From the NCBI GenBank assembly GCA_963710185.1, contig CAVPZE010000001.1, forward strand, positions 94,831 to 158,830: DNA of 64,000 nt. The letters run 5' to 3'. A program made the position numbers and the translations under genes. This document shows positions 28,063-38,195 of this stretch, piece by piece (position 1 is the first letter of the stretch; each line of letters begins with the position of its first letter). The notes under the pieces are model-generated. The model did no database searches, was not told the origin of the DNA, and was given only the letters and a program-made list of their open reading frames with translations. Origin of the DNA: an uncultured Alphaproteobacteria bacterium. Its GTDB lineage: Bacteria > Pseudomonadota > Alphaproteobacteria > Rhodobacterales > Rhodobacteraceae.

Positions 28063-29662
28063 AGGCCCCCCTGTCGATCACGGCGGCAATCACGGTGAAT
28101 GTGTCTGCGGTGATGGCGTCTTTTAACGCAGTCTCAAGCGCAGCACGGCTGCGCACTGTCATACCCGCCCCGCCAAAGGCCACACCCATCGCGGCAAAAT
28201 TATGCTGGGCAAAATCAACGCCAAAGTTGGATAGCTGCCGTTCGCGTTGCTTTTTCTCGATCAGGGCCAATGACGCATCGACAAAGACCACAAAGATCGG
28301 TGCGAGGTTCAGTTCGGCTGCGGTGGCCAATTCGCCCGCCACCATCAGAAACCCTGCGTCGCCTGAAAACGACACAACCGTGCGCTCGGGCGAGGCGAGT
28401 TTTGCCCCGATGGCCATCGGCACGGCACAGCCCATGGTGCACAGCGCCGAGGATTGCATCAGCGCGCGCGGCGCGTAACATTCCCACATCTGGCTCAGTA
28501 GAATCCGGTGCGCGCCACTGTCAGCCGACGCAATCGCATCGCGCGGCAACACTTTGCGACAGGTGTCGATGATGGCGGCAGGCCCCCAGTCCCCGTCATG
28601 GGGAAACGCTTGAGCGAGCGCGGATTTCAATTTGTAAATTTCGCCGTTCCCCCATGTTTCCATTACGTCAAGACCGTCGCTTAAAACAGCCAGGGTCGCG
28701 GCACAGTCGGTGACAAAGTTGAGCGAGGACTGGTGCATGTAATGGTGGTTCGGCACCGCCGTGATGTCGATCACATGATGGCTGTCAGGTGTCCAGACAT
28801 CGCGCCATCCGGGTCGCATCTCGATGGGGTCATAGCCGACACAAATAATCAGATCGGCAGATTTCACAAAAGGCAGCAAGTGCTTATCGGCCAAGGGTGA
28901 CAAGCCCGCCGCACCCAAGGCCAGCGCGTGATCCTCGGGCAGCATGCCCTTGGCCTTATAGGTCGTGATGACGGGGATATTGTGGTCCTCGGCAAATTCG
29001 ACAATCGCAGTCTCGGCACTTTGGTTCATAGCGTCCACACCAACGATCATCACGGGGCGCTGCGCGATTTCAAGCCAGCCGCGTGCCGTGGCAAGGTCAG
29101 CACCGCCAGGCACGGATACCGAGGCAGGGACGCGCGGGGCAGGCGGCTTTGCGGCGATCTGCGCATCCGCCACAGAGATCGGCACGTCGATGTGCACAGG
29201 GCCGGGCCGGCCTTCGGTCGCAATTGCGATGGCCTTGTCCGCAATGGTATGCGCGGCCCCTGCGGTCAGTGCAAACGTCGCCTTGGTAATGGGGCGGAAC
29301 ACCGCCTGCTGGTCAACCACCTGATGGGTATAGCGCGCAGCCTCGTCCGCATCCATGCAGCCGGAGATCACGATCATGGGAACCTGATCCTGCAAAGCGT
29401 TAGCCACGGTATTCACCCCGTTGAGCGTGCCGGGACCGATGGTGCCGACCAGAATAGCAGGCGCATGATCGCGGTGATGGACCCCTTCGGCAATAAACCC
29501 GGCAGCGTTTTCATGTTTGGCGAGGATGAACCGAATGCCTGCCTTTTCCAGCGCGTCAATCACAGTCAGCACTTCACCCCCCGGCATCCCGAAAGCGGTA
29601 CGACATCCGGCGGCATAAAGCCTGCGGGCAAGGGCATCGGCGGCGCGGATGGTGTCGGTCAT
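28046..29662 (-). CDS. Thiamine-diphosphate-dependent enzyme (acetolactate-synthase-like)
   Basis: Start at ATG 29662. N-terminal FGMPGGEVLTVIDAL…HENAAGFIAEG and C-terminal ThDP motif GDAGFLMVAGELATA…FVVFVD. The 3' end overlaps the CoA-transferase start by 17 nt. Confidence 0.88.
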   Translation of the reverse strand: MTDTIRAADALARRLYAAGCRTAFGMPGGEVLTVIDALEKAGIRFILAKHENAAGFIAEGVHHRDHAPAILVGTIGPGTLNGVNTVANALQDQVPMIVISGCMDADEAARYTHQVVDQQAVFRPITKATFALTAGAAHTIADKAIAIATEGRPGPVHIDVPISVADAQIAAKPPAPRVPASVSVPGGADLATARGWLEIAQRPVMIVGVDAMNQSAETAIVEFAEDHNIPVITTYKAKGMLPEDHALALGAAGLSPLADKHLLPFVKSADLIICVGYDPIEMRPGWRDVWTPDSHHVIDITAVPNHHYMHQSSLNFVTDCAATLAVLSDGLDVMETWGNGEIYKLKSALAQAFPHDGDWGPAAIIDTCRKVLPRDAIASADSGAHRILLSQMWECYAPRALMQSSALCTMGCAVPMAIGAKLASPERTVVSFSGDAGFLMVAGELATAAELNLAPIFVVFVDASLALIEKKQRERQLSNFGVDFAQHNFAAMGVAFGGAGMTVRSRAALETALKDAITADTFTVIAAVIDRGAYDGRI

Positions 29663-29821
29663 GTGGCGGGGCCTTTTGTGGGTAGCAGGTTTGCGGCACA
29701 CAATCATGCGGTGTCGTGACGCACAACTCAAAGTTTCGTATGGTATTGCAACATATCGCTTGAGTGTAGCAAGCCCGCTGATTTAGAACATTAAGTGAAC
29801 ATATCCACAGTGGAGCAGGTG

Positions 29822-30298
29822 ATGAGCGCAATAAACGGAAGCGGAGATTTCGATTTTGAAATCGGAAGTTGGACTCTAAAGCATAGCCGGTTAAAAGAAC
29901 GGCTGACAGGCTGTACAGAATGGGAAACGTTTGAGGGTACAGCAGACATGCGCCCGGTTCTGGGCGGCAAGGGCAATATCGAAGACAATGTCTTGCATTT
30001 TCCCAGCGGCAGCTACCGCGCCATCGCAATCAGGTCTTATGATGGGCGAACTGGAGATTGGGCGGTCTGGTGGCTTGCCTCAGACAATCCGCACCAGCTG
30101 GATGTTCCAGTCATCGGGCGCTTTAAAGAAGGTAGGGGCAGCTTCATCGCGCAGGATACCTTGCGCGATCAACCAGTTCTTGTGCGGTTTTTGTGGCTAA
30201 ACACGACCACTGACACACCACGGTGGGAACAAGCGATGTCGTCCGACAACGGAACTACTTGGGAAACCAATTGGACAATGGATTTCACCCACACCTAA
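29822..30298 (+). CDS. Conserved hypothetical protein (beta-rich, DUF1579-like pattern)
   Basis: Start at ATG 29822 (SD ggag 6 nt upstream). FDFEIGSWTLKHSRL…RWEQAMSSDNGTTWETNW is a widely conserved uncharacterised pattern. Confidence 0.55.
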   Translation: MSAINGSGDFDFEIGSWTLKHSRLKERLTGCTEWETFEGTADMRPVLGGKGNIEDNVLHFPSGSYRAIAIRSYDGRTGDWAVWWLASDNPHQLDVPVIGRFKEGRGSFIAQDTLRDQPVLVRFLWLNTTTDTPRWEQAMSSDNGTTWETNWTMDFTHT

Positions 30299-30299
30299 T

Positions 30300-30884
30300 C
30301 TACCGACGCCGATCACGCCTTGCGCTCATCGGCTGGAATGCCACGCCGACATGCGCCTCGCAGTACGGCTTGCCCTGTTTCACAGGCAATCCGCAGAACC
30401 AGAAATCCTCGGTCGCGGGGTCGCCAACGGGCCATTTGCAGGTCCGCTCGGTCAAATCCATCAAGCCGATCTTTTTGGCCTTCTTCTCGATCTCGTTGAC
30501 CTTGGCCAGCGCCTCGGGGCTGATTTCGTTCGCTGACGGTTGCGGTGGCAAGGGTTGTCCCGCCGGAATGATCTGGCGGCGCGCGGCGGCACTTTGCTTG
30601 GGCGGTGTGGCCGATTGGGTCTGCATGATCGGGCCTTCGGGTTTGTCCGGCACGACAGGTGCCGTGACCTTGGCCTTTGCTTCCGCCTTTGGTGCTGCTT
30701 TGGCTTTGGTTTCCGCCTTTGCTGCGGTGCCGGTTGTCGCACGGTTGGACAGGCCCAAACGGTGCACCTTGCCAATGACAGCATTTCGGGTCACGCCGCC
30801 AAGTTCCTTGGCGATCTGGCTTGCGGACTGGCCTTCGCCCCACATCTTTTTCAAAATCTCTACGCGGTCATCGGTCCAGGACAT
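30300..30884 (-). CDS. gcrA: GcrA cell-cycle regulator
   Basis: MSWTDDRVEILKKMWGEGQSASQIAKELGGVTRNAVIGKVHRLGL and C-terminal CKWPVGDP…FCG…PYCEAH. Confidence 0.92.
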   Translation of the reverse strand: MSWTDDRVEILKKMWGEGQSASQIAKELGGVTRNAVIGKVHRLGLSNRATTGTAAKAETKAKAAPKAEAKAKVTAPVVPDKPEGPIMQTQSATPPKQSAAARRQIIPAGQPLPPQPSANEISPEALAKVNEIEKKAKKIGLMDLTERTCKWPVGDPATEDFWFCGLPVKQGKPYCEAHVGVAFQPMSARRDRRR

Positions 30885-31335
30885 GCGGGGTTCCCCAAGT
30901 TAAAAAGCGGCCCTGTTTGGCTGGACCGCCTTGTCATAATTCAAACGCCATTTTACCTCTCTGACCGGTGGGCGCAAGCAGTGATCCGTCAGACGCCGTT
31001 TCAGCGACAGACCAGGCACGAAATTTGCAGTGGTCCGCGTGCTGTTCCGGCTGTGGAAATGGACCTGATCACGCTCAATTGCCAAAGCCTGTGGCGTGTG
31101 CAACCGCGAACTTACCGCTTTACGCGACCCGGCTTTGCCCGTTAAGCAGTGGTTATGGATATGCTCAAACACACCAACACCCGACGACGCTCCCGCTAAC
31201 GTCGCCCGCACGGCCCCTGATTTGGGGCTGATCCATATGCCACGCTTTCGGCAACTTATCCCGAACCCCATTGACCCTTCGCTGCCCTCATGGCCTTCTG
31301 ATGCCTTGATGTAGCTTTATCACAGGATTTACCCG

Positions 31336-32508
31336 ATGATCCCTTCCGTTCTGCCGACCTACACCCGTGCCCCTATGAGCTTTGTCAAAGGCGAAGGGTC
31401 TTGGATCATCGAGGCGGATGGCCGACGGTTTCTGGACCTTGGTGCAGGTATTGCGGTGAATTCCCTTGGTCATGCGCACCCCAAACTGGTCGAGGCCCTG
31501 ACCACACAGGCGCAGGCACTGTGGCATACGTCGAACCTGTACCAAATCCCGCAGCAGCAGGCTTTGGCGGACCGTCTGGTCGAACACACCTTTGCCGACA
31601 CGGTGTTTTTTACCAATTCCGGCACGGAGGCCTGTGAGTTGGCGGTGAAAATGGCGCGCAAGCATTTCTATGACAAGGGACAGCCCGACCGGACCGATAT
31701 CATTACCTTCTCTGGCTCGTTCCACGGGCGGTCCTCGGCGGGTATCGCGGCGGCAGGGTCCGAGAAAATGATCAAGGGCTTTGGCCCGCTGCTGCCCGGT
31801 TTTGTGCATCTCGAGTTTGGCGATCACGACGCGTTGACGGCTGCGATCACCGACACGACATGCGCGATCATGGTGGAACCCGTGCAAGGCGAGGGCGGTA
31901 TTCGCCCGCTGCCTGATGCGTGCCTCAAAGGTCTGCGCGATCTGTGTGATGAACATGGTATCCTGATGATCCTGGATGAGGTGCAATGTGGCGTTGGCCG
32001 CACCGGCAAGCTGTTTGCGCATGAATGGGCGGGGGTCACACCTGATATCATGATGGTCGCCAAGGGCATTGGCGGCGGCTTTCCCTTGGGCGCGGTCCTT
32101 GCCACCGAAAACGCCGCAAGCGGTATGACGGCGGGCACTCATGGCTCGACCTATGGCGGCAATCCTCTGGGCTGTGCGGTGGGCTGTGCGGTGATGGACA
32201 TCATCGCCGACCCTGCGTTTCTGGCCGATGTGAACCGCAAAGCCAGCCTGATGCGTCAGAAGCTTGAAGGGTTGATCGCGGCACACCCCGATGTGTTCGA
32301 GGGGATGCGCGGTTCGGGGCTAATGCTGGGTCTGAAATGCAAGGCGGTAAACAGCGATATCGTTGCCGCTGGCTATGCCCATGAGGTCATCACGGTCCCG
32401 GCCGCCGATAACGTGATCCGCCTGCTGCCGCCGCTTACCATCACCGATGACGAGATCACTGAGGCTGTTCGACGTCTGGACGCCGCCGCTTCCAGCATAT
32501 CCTCCTAA
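31336..32508 (+). CDS. argD: Acetylornithine/succinylornithine aminotransferase
   Basis: 390 aa class-III aminotransferase: FFTNSGTEA, LDEVQCGVGRTGK, MVAKGIGGGFP. Confidence 0.9.
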   Translation: MIPSVLPTYTRAPMSFVKGEGSWIIEADGRRFLDLGAGIAVNSLGHAHPKLVEALTTQAQALWHTSNLYQIPQQQALADRLVEHTFADTVFFTNSGTEACELAVKMARKHFYDKGQPDRTDIITFSGSFHGRSSAGIAAAGSEKMIKGFGPLLPGFVHLEFGDHDALTAAITDTTCAIMVEPVQGEGGIRPLPDACLKGLRDLCDEHGILMILDEVQCGVGRTGKLFAHEWAGVTPDIMMVAKGIGGGFPLGAVLATENAASGMTAGTHGSTYGGNPLGCAVGCAVMDIIADPAFLADVNRKASLMRQKLEGLIAAHPDVFEGMRGSGLMLGLKCKAVNSDIVAAGYAHEVITVPAADNVIRLLPPLTITDDEITEAVRRLDAAASSISS

Positions 32509-32510
32509 CC

Positions 32511-32562
32511 CTCTTTTTGGCCTGAAATATTCCTCGGGGGTCCGGGGGCAGACAGCCCCCGG
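32511..32562 (-). repeat. REP-like intergenic repeat, copy C (inverted, diverged)
   Basis: The reverse complement reads gggggctgtctgcccccggacccccgaggaatatttcaggccaaaaagag. This is the same element with small indels, directly after the argD stop. Confidence 0.75.
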
Positions 32563-32586
32563 CGGCCTCCTAAGCAGAGACATTCT

Positions 32587-33492
32587 ATGACGCATTTCCT
32601 TGACATTCACCAAACATCACCCGCCGACCTGCGCGGCATCATCGACAGTGCTGCCGCGATGAAATCGGCGCGCGCGGGCCGTCCCAAAGGCGCACCTGAC
32701 GATGATCAACCGCTCAAGGATCACATGGTCGCACTGATCTTTGAAAAACCCTCGACCCGCACCCGCGTGTCATTTGACGTGGGCGTGCGCCAGATGGGGG
32801 GGCAAACCATGGTGCTTTCGGGCACGGATATGCAACTCGGCCACGGTGAAACCATCGCCGATACGGCCCGCGTTTTGTCACGCTACGTCGATCTGATCAT
32901 GATCCGCACCTTCGAGGAACAGACTTTGCTCGATATGGCCGAATATGCCACCGTGCCGGTGATCAACGGTCTGACCAACCGCACACACCCGTGCCAGATC
33001 ATGGCCGACATCATGACGTTTGAGGAACACAACGGCCCGATCAAAGGCAAAAAGGTGGTGTGGTCCGGCGATGGCAACAATGTCTTTGCGAGCTTTGCCC
33101 ATGCCGCCAAACAGTTTGATTTTGAGATGGTCTTCACCGGCCCGCCGCCGCTGGACCCCGAGGCGGGGCTGGAGGGGCTATATACGATTGAGCGTGATCC
33201 GCACAAAGCCGTGCAGGGTGCTGATCTGGTGGTCACGGATACATGGGTGTCCATGCACGATCCACAATCGGCCCGCGAACGCCGCCACAATCAGCTGCGC
33301 GGCTATCAGGTCAACGATGCGCTGATGGCACAGGCCAAGCCGGATGCGCTGTTCATGCATTGCCTGCCTGCGCACCGTGATGACGAGGTATCCAGTTCGG
33401 TGATGGATGGGCCAAACTCTGTGATCTGGGATGAGGCCGAAAACCGTCTGCACGCGCAAAAAGCCGTCATGCGCTTTTGCCTTGGAAAATAG
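32587..33492 (+). CDS. argF: Ornithine carbamoyltransferase
   Basis: 301 aa: [21 protein letters not shown] motifs. Confidence 0.93.
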   Translation: MTHFLDIHQTSPADLRGIIDSAAAMKSARAGRPKGAPDDDQPLKDHMVALIFEKPSTRTRVSFDVGVRQMGGQTMVLSGTDMQLGHGETIADTARVLSRYVDLIMIRTFEEQTLLDMAEYATVPVINGLTNRTHPCQIMADIMTFEEHNGPIKGKKVVWSGDGNNVFASFAHAAKQFDFEMVFTGPPPLDPEAGLEGLYTIERDPHKAVQGADLVVTDTWVSMHDPQSARERRHNQLRGYQVNDALMAQAKPDALFMHCLPAHRDDEVSSSVMDGPNSVIWDEAENRLHAQKAVMRFCLGK

Positions 33493-34504
33493 CCCCAGCC
33501 TAGATGCCCCCCGCATCGTAGTTGCGGGCGCGGGGGCGGTCGGATGTTATGTCGGCGGATTGCTGAGCGCGGCTGGACACAACGTGATCTTGTTGGCGCG
33601 TACGCGCATTGCCCATGAGCTGCGCGCGCACGGGCTGACCCTGACCGGATTTGACGGCGCGGCGCACAGGGTTGATACGGATGCGATCTCCCTATCAGAG
33701 CGGCCCACCTGTCTTGGGGACGCGGATATTATTCTGGTCACGGTCAAATCCGGCGATACCGAGATCATGGCCCGGACGATCGCAGACCATGCCGCCCCGC
33801 ATGCAATTGTCGTCAGCCTGCAAAACGGCACCGATAACGCCGGTATCCTGCGAACCGTTTTGCCACAAACGGATGTGCGCGCGGGCATTGTGGCGTTCAA
33901 TGTGGTGCCGATGGGGCAGGGTTGTTTTCACCGTGCCACCAGCGGTGATATCATTGTCGAAGCTGGACCCGTCAGCGTTGCAAAGACGCTCAATTCGGAT
34001 CTGCTGACCATTCATGAAAGCAACCAGATCACCCGCCTGCAATGGGGCAAGTTCTTGTTCAACCTCAACAATGGCCTCAATGCGCTCAGCGGTTTGCCCT
34101 TGCACGATCAATTGCGTGATCCTGCATGGCGCAGGTTGATGGCAGACCAATGGGCAGAGGCACTGCGTGTCTTAAGGGCCAACGGGGTGCGCCCGTTGTC
34201 CGCGGCACCCGTGCCGGTTGGGTTTGTGCCGACGCTGATGCGTCTGCCGGCGCCGATTTTCATGCGCATTGCGGGTTCGATCCTGCGTATGGACGCGCAG
34301 GCGCGGACCTCGATGTCATATGACCTGATGGCGCACCGCAAAACGGAAATTGATGCCTTTCAGGGGCAAGTCGTGCGGATGGGCGCGCAGGTGGGCCGCG
34401 CCACGCCGATCAGCGCAATGGTGGTTGATGTGATCAAAACAGTGGAAATCGCGAACCAAGGCCTGCCGAACCTGCCTGTCGCCGCCCTGCGCCGTGAAAT
34501 TTGA
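33482..34504 (+). CDS. 2-dehydropantoate 2-reductase family protein (ApbA/PanE-like)
   Basis: Rossmann motif [17 protein letters not shown]. No ATG lies downstream of the argF stop, so the in-frame TTG at 33482 is proposed and the start is uncertain. Confidence 0.7.
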   Translation: MENSPSLDAPRIVVAGAGAVGCYVGGLLSAAGHNVILLARTRIAHELRAHGLTLTGFDGAAHRVDTDAISLSERPTCLGDADIILVTVKSGDTEIMARTIADHAAPHAIVVSLQNGTDNAGILRTVLPQTDVRAGIVAFNVVPMGQGCFHRATSGDIIVEAGPVSVAKTLNSDLLTIHESNQITRLQWGKFLFNLNNGLNALSGLPLHDQLRDPAWRRLMADQWAEALRVLRANGVRPLSAAPVPVGFVPTLMRLPAPIFMRIAGSILRMDAQARTSMSYDLMAHRKTEIDAFQGQVVRMGAQVGRATPISAMVVDVIKTVEIANQGLPNLPVAALRREI

Positions 34505-34577
34505 AAGCGATGTCTTTTCAATAAACCTGCGGCACGGTAGCTCTATTGCAATCACTGCCACATCAAAGGACAGACCC

Positions 34578-35489
34578 ATGCCGCTTACCATGAACTCGGA
34601 CGTTTTTATCACCTGCGCTGTCACCGGATCGGGCGGCACGCAAGACCGCAGTCCGCATGTGCCCCGCTCGCCCGCGCAGATCGCTGACAGTGCCATTGCA
34701 GCCGCCAAGGCGGGGGCAGCGATTGTGCATTGCCATGTGCGTGACCCCGAGACGGGTAAGCCTAGCAGGGACTTGGCGTTGTACCGTGAAGTCACCGAGC
34801 GAATCCGTGAAAGCGAAACCGATGTGGTGTTGAACCTGACTGCGGGCATGGGGGGCGATATCATCTTTGGCCCGACCGAGCGTCCGATGCCGCCGATTGC
34901 AGGCACCGACATGATTGGCGCGTCTGCGCGGGTCCAGCATATCGCGGAATGTCTGCCGGAAATCTGTACGCTTGATTGCGGCACGATGAACTTTGCCGAG
35001 GCCGATTATGTGATGACCAACACCCCCGGCATGTTGACTGCGATGGGCAGCATGATGACGGCGCTGGGTGTGAAGCCCGAAATTGAAGCGTTTGATACCG
35101 GGCATCTTTGGTATGCAAAACAACTGGTTAAGGATGGCGTTCTGGACAGCCCCGCCTTGGTGCAGCTTTGCATGGGCGTGCCATGGGGCGCGCCGGATGA
35201 CCTCAATACGTTTATGGCGATGGTCAATAATGTGCCACAGGACTGGACGTTTTCGGCGTTTGGTCTGGGGCGCAACCAGATGGCCTATGTGGCAGCTGCT
35301 GTTCTTGCGGGCGGCAATGTGCGGGTCGGGCTGGAGGACAATCTGTGGCTCGGCAAAGGTCAGTTGGCCGAGAATTGGCAGTTGGTTGAGCGCGCGGGGA
35401 CCATTATCGAAAACATGGGTGCGCGCGTGATCGGGCCGGCGGAAGTGCGTGAAAAGCTGGGATTGGTCAAGCGCAGCGCGTCTGTATGA
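34578..35489 (+). CDS. 3-keto-5-aminohexanoate cleavage (BKACE/DUF849) family enzyme, probable dehydrocarnitine cleavage enzyme
   Basis: Start at ATG 34578 (SD aaagga). ITCAVTGSGGTQ…HCHVRDPETGKP… is the BKACE signature. The context with carnitine dehydrogenase supports the call. Confidence 0.82.
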   Translation: MPLTMNSDVFITCAVTGSGGTQDRSPHVPRSPAQIADSAIAAAKAGAAIVHCHVRDPETGKPSRDLALYREVTERIRESETDVVLNLTAGMGGDIIFGPTERPMPPIAGTDMIGASARVQHIAECLPEICTLDCGTMNFAEADYVMTNTPGMLTAMGSMMTALGVKPEIEAFDTGHLWYAKQLVKDGVLDSPALVQLCMGVPWGAPDDLNTFMAMVNNVPQDWTFSAFGLGRNQMAYVAAAVLAGGNVRVGLEDNLWLGKGQLAENWQLVERAGTIIENMGARVIGPAEVREKLGLVKRSASV

Positions 35490-35983
35490 CGTCTGTATTG
35501 CGTCGGTATTGTACCTGTTTTTTGCTGATAACCTTGGTGGGATGTGCGGCGGAAAAAACCGCCAACTCTGGTTCAAGCGCTGGCTACCGCAACCCGAGCG
35601 CAATCATCGGCGGCACCACGCGGTTTGACGTGAGCCAATTTGCGGGTGACTGGGTGACCATCTTGTGTCTCGGTCCCTGTGTGCCCTCGGAACGGTATCA
35701 AGAAGCAACTGACGGTGTGTATCTGCGCACGGTCGCGGGCAAGACCGAGGATTACGTGGTCACGGCCCCCGGCGTTCTGCGCCGCCAAGGCAGTACCGAC
35801 AGGCTGGTTGTGATGTGGGTCGATACCGGATTTCGCACAGCTGTGATCGGCGATGCCGATGGACGCTGGGCAGCCATTCTGGACCGAAGCGCCACGCCCG
35901 CACACGACCGCATCGCAGCAGCGATCGAGATATTGGATTTCAACGGCTGGGATACATCCCGCCTGCATGAGGTGAGAAAATGA
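35486..35983 (+). CDS. Lipocalin-family lipoprotein (Blc-like)
   Basis: Lipobox LITLVGC, the GxW lipocalin motif FAGDWVTI, and AILDRSATP…FNGWDTSRL resembling the Blc C-terminus. It overlaps both neighbours (ATGA at each end). Confidence 0.68.
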   Translation: MTSVLRRYCTCFLLITLVGCAAEKTANSGSSAGYRNPSAIIGGTTRFDVSQFAGDWVTILCLGPCVPSERYQEATDGVYLRTVAGKTEDYVVTAPGVLRRQGSTDRLVVMWVDTGFRTAVIGDADGRWAAILDRSATPAHDRIAAAIEILDFNGWDTSRLHEVRK

Positions 35984-37452
35984 CCAAGACAGCAGCGATT
36001 ATTGGTGGCGGTGTAATCGGTGGCGGCTGGGCCGCGCGGTTTGTGTTGAACGGGTGGAACTGCCGTGTGTTTGACCCCGACCCAGAGGCGGAGCGTAAGA
36101 TTGCCGAAGTCATGGGCAATGCGCGCAGGTCGCTGCCGGGGCTGACGGATGTGGCGTTGCCCAGCGAAGGCGCAATCAGCTTTCATGACAGCATTCAGGA
36201 GGCGGTTGAGGGCGCGAGTTGGATACAAGAAAGCGTGCCGGAGCGGTTGGATATCAAGCACAAAACCTTTGGCGCGATCCAGCAGGCCTGTGACCCGGAG
36301 GCGATAATTGGTTCGTCCACGTCCGGTTTCAAACCCAGCCAGTTGCAGGAAGGCATGGCGCGGCCCGATCAGATCATGGTGGCACACCCCTTTAATCCGG
36401 TTTACCTGCTGCCACTGGTTGAACTGGTCCCGGCGGAAGGGTTTGACGGGCCATTGATTGACCGCGCCAAGGAAACACTTGCGTCCTTGGGTATGTATGC
36501 GCTGCATCTGAAAAAAGAGATCGACGCGCATGTCGCGGACCGGTTTTTGGAGGCGGTCTGGCGCGAGGCGCTGTGGCTGGTCAAGGACGGCATTGCCACC
36601 ACCGAGGAAATCGACAATGCGATCCGCTATGGCTTTGGCATCCGCTGGGCGCAGATGGGATTGTTTGAAACCTACCGCGTCGCAGGTGGCGAAGCGGGCA
36701 TGAAACATTTTATGGAGCAGTTCGGTCCGTGCCTGAGCTGGCCATGGACCAAGCTGATGGATGTGCCGGAGTTTACGGACGAGTTGGTTGACCTAATCGC
36801 GGGTCAGTCGGACGCGCAGTCAGGGCATCATTCGATCCGCGAATTGGAGCGGATCAGAGACAACAACCTTGTGGTGATGATGCGCGGGCTAAAGACCCAA
36901 AACTGGGGCGCAGGTGCGTTGATCAATGCGCAAGAAAAGATCATGCGGGCGGGTACGCCGATGGGGGCCATGGCGGATGATATCGCAGCCGACCAACCCG
37001 TGCTGACCGCACACCGTACCGTGCCCTTGGATTGGACAGATTATAACGGCCATATGACAGAGGCGCGGTATCTGCATGCGTTTGCCGATGCGACGGATCG
37101 GTTCATGGAAATCATTGGCTGCGATGCGGCGTATATTTCCAGCGGTGGCAGTTATTTCACGGCTGAAACCCACATTCGCCATCTCGATGAGGTGCATGCG
37201 GGTGCCGTGATCACCATCACCACGCAAGTGATCGAGGGCGCGGGCAAGAAAATGCACCTGTTCCATGAGATGCGGGAGGGCGCACGCGTTCTGGCAACAG
37301 GCGAGCATTTCTTGCTCCATGTGTCGCTTGAGACGCGCAAACCAACGGTGCCTAACCCAGCAATCGAAGCGGCGTTGGGACGGTTTGCGGCTGGCCATGC
37401 GGGATTGCCGAAACCCGACGATCTGGGCCGCGCCATTGGGGCACCACGGTGA
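35980..37452 (+). CDS. L-carnitine dehydrogenase fused to a C-terminal thioesterase-like domain
   Basis: 490 aa with 3-hydroxyacyl-CoA-dehydrogenase fold (AAIIGGGVIGGGWAARF…SSTSG…) and a ~150-aa hotdog-like tail (YNGHMTEARYLHAF). Confidence 0.78.
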   Translation: MTKTAAIIGGGVIGGGWAARFVLNGWNCRVFDPDPEAERKIAEVMGNARRSLPGLTDVALPSEGAISFHDSIQEAVEGASWIQESVPERLDIKHKTFGAIQQACDPEAIIGSSTSGFKPSQLQEGMARPDQIMVAHPFNPVYLLPLVELVPAEGFDGPLIDRAKETLASLGMYALHLKKEIDAHVADRFLEAVWREALWLVKDGIATTEEIDNAIRYGFGIRWAQMGLFETYRVAGGEAGMKHFMEQFGPCLSWPWTKLMDVPEFTDELVDLIAGQSDAQSGHHSIRELERIRDNNLVVMMRGLKTQNWGAGALINAQEKIMRAGTPMGAMADDIAADQPVLTAHRTVPLDWTDYNGHMTEARYLHAFADATDRFMEIIGCDAAYISSGGSYFTAETHIRHLDEVHAGAVITITTQVIEGAGKKMHLFHEMREGARVLATGEHFLLHVSLETRKPTVPNPAIEAALGRFAAGHAGLPKPDDLGRAIGAPR

Positions 37453-38195
37453 AACGGGTTCTGATCACGGCGGGTGCATCGGGCATTGGGCGTGCCATGG
37501 GTGTGGCGTTTGATGCGGGAGGCTTCGAGGTCGCGGTGACAGATGTCGATGCCAAAGCGCTTGAGGATTGCCCCGATCATTGGCACCGGATGCGCGCCAA
37601 TGCGGCGGATGAAGACGACATGCGCGCGGTTTTTGCAACGCTTGAGGGGCTGGATGTGCTCTGCGCCAATGCCGGGATCGCGGGGCCGACCGCGTTGGTC
37701 GAAGATGTGGCGCTGGACGATTGGCGGGCTTGCGTCAGTGTTAATTTGGAAGGCGCGTTTTTGGCTGCGAAATATGCAGCCCCGTTGATGAAGGCGGCGC
37801 ATAGCGGTTCCATCATTGTGACCTCGTCCACGGCGGGCCTGTTTGGCTATCCCAACCGCGCACCCTATGCGGCGGCGAAATGGGGGATGATCGGGTTAAT
37901 GAAAACACTGGCGATGGAACTGGGGCCGTTTGGCATCCGCGCCAATGCGATCTGCCCCGGTTCAGTCGAAGGGCCGCGCATGGAAGGCGTGCTGGCGCGC
38001 GAGGCGGCGGCCAAGGGCATGACGCGCGATCAGGTCTATCAGGGCTATGCATCCGGCACGTCGATGCGGTCGTTTGTGGAGGCAAGCGACATTGCGAATA
38101 TGGCGGTATTTCTGGGGTCCGATGCCGCGCGGCTGGTGTCGGGGCAGGTGATTGCGGTGGACGGCCATACCGAGAACCCCGACCCGAAGATTTAA
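37449..38195 (+). CDS. SDR-family oxidoreductase
   Basis: 248 aa: TAGASGIGRA, NAGIAG, YAAAK catalytic motif. The start overlaps the upstream stop (GTGA). Confidence 0.88.
   Translation: MKRVLITAGASGIGRAMGVAFDAGGFEVAVTDVDAKALEDCPDHWHRMRANAADEDDMRAVFATLEGLDVLCANAGIAGPTALVEDVALDDWRACVSVNLEGAFLAAKYAAPLMKAAHSGSIIVTSSTAGLFGYPNRAPYAAAKWGMIGLMKTLAMELGPFGIRANAICPGSVEGPRMEGVLAREAAAKGMTRDQVYQGYASGTSMRSFVEASDIANMAVFLGSDAARLVSGQVIAVDGHTENPDPKI

Noticed and set aside
26848-29662. Calling the pair oxalyl-CoA decarboxylase (oxc) and formyl-CoA transferase (frc)
   Set aside because: Only the architecture matches. The ThDP enzyme's N-terminal region does not resemble Oxc as I remember it, so a specific pathway call is unsupported without a search.
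31142-31156. CtrA-box-like TTAA-N7-TTAT in the 450-nt gcrA-argD intergenic region
   Set aside because: It is a single site with a mismatch to TTAA-N7-TTAA, about 260 nt from the gcrA start, so it could easily occur by chance. It is only worth testing alongside ChIP or comparative data.
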